From contig JBBRCZ010000002.1 of assembly GCA_038204425.1 (NCBI GenBank), positions 64,001 to 128,000 on the forward strand: a stretch of DNA of 64,000 bases, read 5' to 3'. The notes under the pieces were generated by a model, which had not been told where the DNA came from, did not search any database, and was given only the letters and a program-made list of their open reading frames with translations. This document shows, piece after piece, positions 58,244 to 64,000 of the stretch (position 1 is the stretch's first letter; the number at the start of each line of letters is the position of its first letter). The translations under genes and the position numbers were made by a program. The stretch is from Spirochaetia bacterium. GTDB taxonomy: Bacteria > Spirochaetota > Spirochaetia > DSM-27196 > Salinispiraceae.

Positions 58244-60678
58244 TGCGAGCGATAAGCTTCTAGAGTTCGAGCGGCCTTTGCTAGCCAAGCATGGGCGTTG
58301 GAATTGCGATCCTCGTTTTGCCAGCCATCGTAGACAGCAATTAGTCTGGCGCTCATGGTTTTTTGCAGAACAGCAGACGGTGTGGTGCTCAAGAGCTCGG
58401 CACAGTTGTTCAAAAGGTGAGCCGCCCAGGCTCTCACACTTGTTGCTGGCGACTTTGCCAAGCTTTCTAGTGCTGGCACAAAGTCTAGACTCGCTTGTTT
58501 TATCATGCTGCTAATTAGCCAGTTTTGTGTTGCTGGAGCATAGGTCCGCATTCTGAGACTGAGAAACAATAGGCTTTGCAGATCCCATTGGCCATCGAGT
58601 AGGCGCGCGTACTCGATGACCCTGAGTTCAGGAGCAAAAAAGGTTTCGCGGTGTAGCTTGACAAAGTCAGCTATCAAAGATGAAGGGTTGGTTTGCTTGC
58701 GCAGCAGATACCAAGCTGCCAAGTAGCGCAGTTCAGAAAATTCCTCTTTTTGGGTGTTTAAAATCTTTTGAGATAAAACTATAACTAGTTGGTCATCGTA
58801 GTTAAATATCGCGCGCATGGCGGCAAGTTCGTTCTCTTCACTAAATTTGTTGCCAAGCCACAAGTCAAAAGATTTGATAAGCACGGGTAGCAGGGTCGCA
58901 TAGCCTTGCTGGACGTTTAGCCGTGCAAGTGCTTCTAAACAGGCATAGTTGAGACTGTCCTCGCGACTTGGATCAATGTTGGCAATTATGGCAGCTATGG
59001 CTGTTTTATCCGCAAATTGAGCCAGAGCGTTAACCGCAAAGAGACGCAAGCTATAGTCGTCGTTGTTGAGACTACGTGGCGTCAAGAGCAGCTCTTTGAG
59101 ATATTGGGTCATGCGCCGGTCACCTATTTGGCTTAGCGACTCAGCCGCTGCGATTCTCAGTGCGATGGGCTCTCGTGAGTTTTTTAGAATTGTAGCTAAA
59201 GCCAGCAATGCACGGGCGTCGCGAATTGTTCCCAATCCTCGGACTGCCAAGATTCTTATAATAGTGTCCTCGTCAGCAAGACCTTGGTTAAAATTGCTGT
59301 ACATAGTGCCTTGGGCAAATCGAACCAAACCTTCCATCACTAAGCGGCGAACCAAGCCGTTAGGGTGGGTGCTGAGGACAGCAATACTGCCAATACTGGT
59401 CTGCCCGCCAACTACAACCGTGGTCTTTATGCTGGGAATCAAACAGGCAATCTGATTGCTGTTTTGTAGCTCAAGGCAAGCCTGCAAAAATTTTTGCTCA
59501 AAAGCAAGACGGCTTGGATTGTTTTCGCTTGCATCGATTGGCAATGACTGTTGTTTGTTCTGGATTAAGTCTTTGTATGCAAAAAAATAGCGATCTTCAA
59601 GCACAGCCGCTGCAAGGCTCGGTCGCTTACTATCAATTGCTGAGAGAAACTCTTGCTCGCTAAGCTTCTCGCCACGTGCACTAGCGCAATAGTAAATCGA
59701 GTAGGCTTCCCAATCATTTGCTGTTTTCGAAAGCTGACTTAGCGGTGGAAACTGCAAGGATGCTTGTCGATTGTTGCCAGGCAATTTGGCCAAAAAAATT
59801 CGACTTATAGCCTTGAGTCTCAAGTTTGAGGAGACTGCCCAAGAGTGCAGATTGGGCTCAAGTCCTTGCCACAGTTTGTCGTTTACCGGACTAGTTTTGG
59901 TAAACGGATTAAATAGATTTGCTTTATCGCTTGCCAAAAGACCCATCAATAGAGTGCTAAATTCGTCCTCACTTGGATTTGCTTCCAAAAAGTCCTTCCA
60001 ATAGATGTCTTCCAACTTGCGAGATGTCCAAGGCAGCAGATTAAGCAGGGCAATCTCGCTTCCGAGAAACTTTTTTTGCAGAGCCCTCAGGCTGGCACTA
60101 TCGTGGTTCTTGTCTTTGATCCACAGTGGCCAACGCATGAGCTCACTAATTAGAAATGCGCGCCCCTCAAAATCAATAGTTTTGGATAGTTGTTCGCTGA
60201 TGGTAACTAGGACTTGCTCTCTATGGGTATTGAGGCCCAAGGGGTTGGTGCTTGTAAGGTTGAGGTGCCTATGCGGAGCGTTTAAATAATAGACAAGAGC
60301 TGATTCCGGATAGTCGCTGAGGCTGTCCAAGAGGGGGACAAGAGCTATGGTGTTGCTTATTTTTTTTGCCAAAGCTGCAACTAGGCTTTGAGCAAGGTTT
60401 TGCCTGATCCGCGGGTTGTCACGTAGATCTTGTACCCAATAAGGCTTGATAGTTTCGACTATCGGTGCCAGAAAATCTGCTCGGGCAAAGTAGCTCTGAT
60501 ACAAAGTCAGGCGCTCACTTGGCTGGGCCTTTTGCAGCCAGGCCGCAAGCTGGTCTTGCTTGTCAAAGGCAGGCAAAAGTGGCTGAGTTTGAGCGCTCAA
60601 TGGGACTATGATCGCCAAAGAAAGGATAACTATGCATGGGGTCAGGCACCGCTTTGCGATGGGTTTATTATTGTTCAT
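58240..60678 (-). CDS. Exported HEAT-repeat protein
   Basis: Signal peptide; IRILAVRGLG, LRIAAAESLSQIGD, LRLFAVNALA. Confidence 0.8.
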   Translation of the reverse strand: MNNNKPIAKRCLTPCIVILSLAIIVPLSAQTQPLLPAFDKQDQLAAWLQKAQPSERLTLYQSYFARADFLAPIVETIKPYWVQDLRDNPRIRQNLAQSLVAALAKKISNTIALVPLLDSLSDYPESALVYYLNAPHRHLNLTSTNPLGLNTHREQVLVTISEQLSKTIDFEGRAFLISELMRWPLWIKDKNHDSASLRALQKKFLGSEIALLNLLPWTSRKLEDIYWKDFLEANPSEDEFSTLLMGLLASDKANLFNPFTKTSPVNDKLWQGLEPNLHSWAVSSNLRLKAISRIFLAKLPGNNRQASLQFPPLSQLSKTANDWEAYSIYYCASARGEKLSEQEFLSAIDSKRPSLAAAVLEDRYFFAYKDLIQNKQQSLPIDASENNPSRLAFEQKFLQACLELQNSNQIACLIPSIKTTVVVGGQTSIGSIAVLSTHPNGLVRRLVMEGLVRFAQGTMYSNFNQGLADEDTIIRILAVRGLGTIRDARALLALATILKNSREPIALRIAAAESLSQIGDRRMTQYLKELLLTPRSLNNDDYSLRLFAVNALAQFADKTAIAAIIANIDPSREDSLNYACLEALARLNVQQGYATLLPVLIKSFDLWLGNKFSEENELAAMRAIFNYDDQLVIVLSQKILNTQKEEFSELRYLAAWYLLRKQTNPSSLIADFVKLHRETFFAPELRVIEYARLLDGQWDLQSLLFLSLRMRTYAPATQNWLISSMIKQASLDFVPALESLAKSPATSVRAWAAHLLNNCAELLSTTPSAVLQKTMSARLIAVYDGWQNEDRNSNAHAWLAKAARTLEAYRSQ

Positions 60679-60779
60679 AGCAAATGCTCCTGTGAGACCA
60701 TTATAGGGTCATAATTTCATACTGCCAAGGCCATAGAATGTACTTGTCAAAGTCAGCATTGCGGTGTTTACTGCTTACA

Positions 60780-61691
60780 ATGAGCCTCGATGATGAAAAA
60801 ACCATTGTTCAAGTTCCCCAGTCCTTGCAAGCACATGAACTAGAAAAATCTCTACAAAAAATAACGGTAGAACTAATTGCTGCCCACAAGGCGGGCAATA
60901 AGCAAGTTCTCTCATTCTACAGTAACAAAGTAGGCATCGATCAAAACAAACTGGCAGAGCACCCTGGCAAACAGTTTATGGCTTTGGTTCAAGTCTATCA
61001 TCCAGACCGCCTGCAGTCGTTTCTCGACCAAATCGCTGTTTGCAGCAAAAATGCAGACCAACAGGGAGTAGAAAAAATTGCCCGGATGCTCAGTCCACGG
61101 GCAAGTAAGGCATCAATAGAATTTGACCCTGCTGACATGGATTTTGGCCCCGGCTATGTCTTTAGGCCAAGGGACTTTGGTTTTGCCGAAGACAAGTGGG
61201 AAGATTTTGATGATCAAGTTAAAGTGCGTACCGAGGCTGGCTATAGGACCAAAAAGACAGTCAGCTTTGTAGAAGCTATTAGACGGGAGTACTTTGGCAA
61301 CCTCGATTTGCAGTTGACCCGCCAGGATCTGGAAGAAATCGATGGCGAACTTGAGCTCTATGATTTAGGCATCGAGGACTTGGAGGGTATACAAATTTGT
61401 CGAAGACTTGAGGGGCTCAATCTATCTTGCAACCAGATTCATGACATCAATCCGCTGCGCTTTTTACGTCACCTTGTATCACTTGATCTCAGCTCCAACC
61501 AAATAGAAGACGCCGACTGCCTAGAGCGGCTAAGCAGGCTAGAAGAACTGGATCTTTCTGACAACTTTATAGACAATGTTGGCTTCCTCAACGAAATGCC
61601 CAAACTGCGCTGTGTTAATTTATCGGGAAACACTATAAAAGACAGCTCAGTTCTTGAGACTCTCAAACAACGCGGTGTTTTGATACTCTAG
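60780..61691 (+). CDS. Leucine-rich repeat protein with N-terminal YHPD motif
   Basis: LNLSCNQIHDI, LDLSSNQIED, LDLSDNFIDN, VNLSGNTI. Confidence 0.85.
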   Translation: MSLDDEKTIVQVPQSLQAHELEKSLQKITVELIAAHKAGNKQVLSFYSNKVGIDQNKLAEHPGKQFMALVQVYHPDRLQSFLDQIAVCSKNADQQGVEKIARMLSPRASKASIEFDPADMDFGPGYVFRPRDFGFAEDKWEDFDDQVKVRTEAGYRTKKTVSFVEAIRREYFGNLDLQLTRQDLEEIDGELELYDLGIEDLEGIQICRRLEGLNLSCNQIHDINPLRFLRHLVSLDLSSNQIEDADCLERLSRLEELDLSDNFIDNVGFLNEMPKLRCVNLSGNTIKDSSVLETLKQRGVLIL

Positions 61692-61811
61692 ATCTCTGCA
61701 GAGATCTGCAATAGGTGTACCAGCAGCAAGCAAAAACTAGCGCCGCCCAAAAAAGCATATTAAAATTGAACGAGGGGTACAGCTTGAGGTCAGTTTTGCC
61801 AAGGTCAGTCC

Positions 61812-62200
61812 ATGGGGAACGTTTTTTTAGTACTGTGCGGCCTTTGGATGCTCATTTTGTTGTATGCAAACAAAATTGCAGCCCAGATCCAGACTGGACA
61901 AGTTTCACCAGCAACAAGCCAAGAAAGTCCAAACTATGACAAGTTCAGTGGGACGGTAGTCAAGGTGGGTATCTACAACGGACTGCCCTTTGTAGGTTTG
62001 GAAAACCAAGTTCCGACTGGCCTGTTTGAGTGCAAAAATAGACCAGTGGATCCCGCTAGGACTTGTACTCAACCAGCTACTCATTAACAGTTTTAAGCTT
62101 TTAATTGCTGACGACGGGATAGGCGTGCCACAAGAGTTTGAGCCAGAGCAAAGTGCAAAACTTGCCTTATGCCTCAATCTGCTATTGAATTTCCAGTCTC
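61812..62200 (+). pseudogene. Heavily deleted sensor histidine kinase remnant
   Basis: Signal plus PBP-like start (VKVGIYNGLPF...PTGLF) abutting HisKA_2/HATPase-like fragments IPLGLVLNQLLINSFK and IADDGIGVP in another frame. Confidence 0.55.
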
Positions 62201-62262
62201 ATAAACTAAACTTAAGATTAGTTTAGAAGTTCATTTTTTTTCTATTGAGAAGGGGTAAATCC

Positions 62263-64000
62263 ATGAAGATCGGACCAAAACTTATTGCGGGTTTTTGTAT
62301 AGTGGCCATTGTTGCGGCAATTGTTGGTGTGGTGGGTATTTTTAGTATCCGCAGCATCGACGAAGCAGATACTAAGTTGTTTATGGATGTTACCGTGCCA
62401 CTCGGGCAGCTAACAAATATTGCGGTGGCGTTTCAACGTACCCGTGTTGAAGTCAGAGATATGATTGCTGCTAATGATCCTGAGGAAATTGCTAGTTCCG
62501 CGAAACTGATTGATGAGCTCTACAATGAGATCAACGAGCAAGCAATTTTGTATGAAAAAACGCTACTTTCCGACGAAGGTCGCAAACTTTTTGCAAGCTT
62601 TGGCAAAACTCGAGAAGCCTACGGAGTCTTTCGCACCAGGGCCGAGCAAGCTGCGCTTATTAACGACGACACTGCTGCTCTTGAGGTCATAGTCCAAGGT
62701 GGCCAAGCCGCATTAGCTGAACGAGAAGCAATCGATGCCATGTTTCAACAAAAAGTAAAGTTGGGCCGAGAAATAGCTGCGGACAACACGGATCTTGCCA
62801 ATATGTCGACTCTGATTATGATAATCGTAATTTTGATTGGTGTAATAATCTCGGTTGTTTTAGGCTTGGTTTTGTCCAACTCAATCACCAAACCACTTGG
62901 CGTCGCGGTGGGCATCTCGACCGAGATAGCTCAAGGTGACTTGCGCCGTAATGTCGAGGTGGCCTATCTCAGTCGTAAAGACGAAATTGGCCAGTTAGCC
63001 AAAGCACTAGAAGAAATGATTACGCAGTTACGAAACATTACCATCAGCATCCAAACGTCGGCTGACACGGTTTCCAGCGGTTCTGGCGGTATTTCGTCAG
63101 CAGCACAACAACTGTCGCAAGGCAGCGCTGAGCAAGCCTCTGCTGTAGAAGAGGTCTCAGCCTCCATCGAAGAAATGGCCTCGTCAATAAAACAAAATTC
63201 GGAGAACGCCTTTACTACCGAAAAAATGGCTTCCAAATCTTCTGTTGAGGCAAGTGAGGGAGGTCAGGCGGTTAGTGAAACCGTAACAGCGATGAAGAAC
63301 ATAGCTGCCAAGATCACCATCATAGAAGAAATTGCACGCCAAACCAACTTGCTGGCTCTCAATGCTGCTATTGAAGCTGCACGGGCAGGTGAGGCAGGTA
63401 AAGGTTTTGCTGTAGTGGCAAGTGAAGTCAGAAAGCTGGCCGAACGCAGCCAAGTTGCTGCGCAAGAAATTAGTTCTTTGTCGAGTACCAGTGTAGCAAT
63501 TGCCGAAAAGGCAGGAACTTTGCTACTTAATATAGTACCTGCCATTCAGAAGACCTCAGAACTGGTGCAAGAAATTTCTGCAACCAGCAAAGAGCAAAGC
63601 ACCGGCAGTGAACAAATCTCTAAAGCAATTATGCAATTGGACTCGGTGGTGCAGCAAAACGCTTCGGCGGCAGAAGAAATGGCCTCTATGGCCGAGGAAC
63701 TTTCGTCTCAGTCTGAACACCTACAATCTACAATAGAGTTCTTCAAGGTGCCAGAAGACTTACGCCAATCAAGTGCCGGCGAAACAAGCAAGAAGGCACC
63801 CCTTACCAGTAAGAGGCTTGCAATCGCTCACAGTTCGTCTTCGAGTCGCAGTGGTTCTAGTTCTGTAGGTCCTGGTGCACGCTACGAGACCAGCAAACCT
63901 AAGGGCATTAAGCTAGCCTTTGGTCAAAACAATGAGGCTCAAAGTAGCAAGTCAACTGCTGCGCGCGCTGCACCTTCTGCTAACGTTGACGACGTGTTTG
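62263..64000 (+). CDS. Methyl-accepting chemotaxis protein (4HB sensor, HAMP; 3' end runs off the window)
   Basis: Not in the ORF track. Manual translation gives [13 protein letters not shown]1...TM2-SITKPL...RKDEIGQL...[40 protein letters not shown]. Confidence 0.96.
   Translation, partial: MKIGPKLIAGFCIVAIVAAIVGVVGIFSIRSIDEADTKLFMDVTVPLGQLTNIAVAFQRTRVEVRDMIAANDPEEIASSAKLIDELYNEINEQAILYEKTLLSDEGRKLFASFGKTREAYGVFRTRAEQAALINDDTAALEVIVQGGQAALAEREAIDAMFQQKVKLGREIAADNTDLANMSTLIMIIVILIGVIISVVLGLVLSNSITKPLGVAVGISTEIAQGDLRRNVEVAYLSRKDEIGQLAKALEEMITQLRNITISIQTSADTVSSGSGGISSAAQQLSQGSAEQASAVEEVSASIEEMASSIKQNSENAFTTEKMASKSSVEASEGGQAVSETVTAMKNIAAKITIIEEIARQTNLLALNAAIEAARAGEAGKGFAVVASEVRKLAERSQVAAQEISSLSSTSVAIAEKAGTLLLNIVPAIQKTSELVQEISATSKEQSTGSEQISKAIMQLDSVVQQNASAAEEMASMAEELSSQSEHLQSTIEFFKVPEDLRQSSAGETSKKAPLTSKRLAIAHSSSSSRSGSSSVGPGARYETSKPKGIKLAFGQNNEAQSSKSTAARAAPSANVDDVF

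Noticed and set aside
61690..61707. Perfect 18-bp palindrome AGATCTCTGCAGAGATCT after the LRR gene
   Set aside because: Single occurrence with no U-tract; cannot distinguish terminator, operator or chance
62964..63545. Antisense ORFs over the MCP and similar 60-150 aa shadow ORFs throughout the window
   Set aside because: They lie opposite or out of frame to well-supported genes and have no motifs; expected codon-bias shadows
1..64000. CRISPR arrays, tRNA/rRNA genes, transposases, integrases, prophage genes
   Set aside because: No regularly spaced repeats, cloverleaf/rRNA signatures or recombinase motifs were seen on reading; intergenic spaces are short

Overview
A gene-dense 64 kb stretch of bacterial chromosome, most likely from a free-living spirochaete. 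This is inferred from the eukaryote/spirochaete-type IleRS, the short HrpA, the MGDG synthase, the RRM protein and an MCP; no taxonomic marker gene is present. Most of it is housekeeping: ileS, split his genes (hisHF and hisZGB), aroB, hrpA, ettA, rarA, a bioA-F-G-C-D operon without bioB, an Opp-type ABC transporter, a TPP-riboswitch-controlled YkoEDC-type ECF importer, YhhQ, a VapBC pair and several decayed genes. The standout is an uncharacterised locus at 50.1-55.3 kb. It holds four paralogues of an unrecognised ~235 aa helical protein family, together with a PPP-type metallophosphoesterase and a HipA/PI3K-like atypical kinase, and looks like a phosphorylation-switched multi-subunit system. 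Also notable: two back-to-back preQ1-I-like aptamers with inserted hairpins upstream of yhhQ, and about ten apparently leaderless genes. No rRNA, tRNA, CRISPR array or intact mobile element was seen. All calls come from motif recognition by eye; no searches were run.
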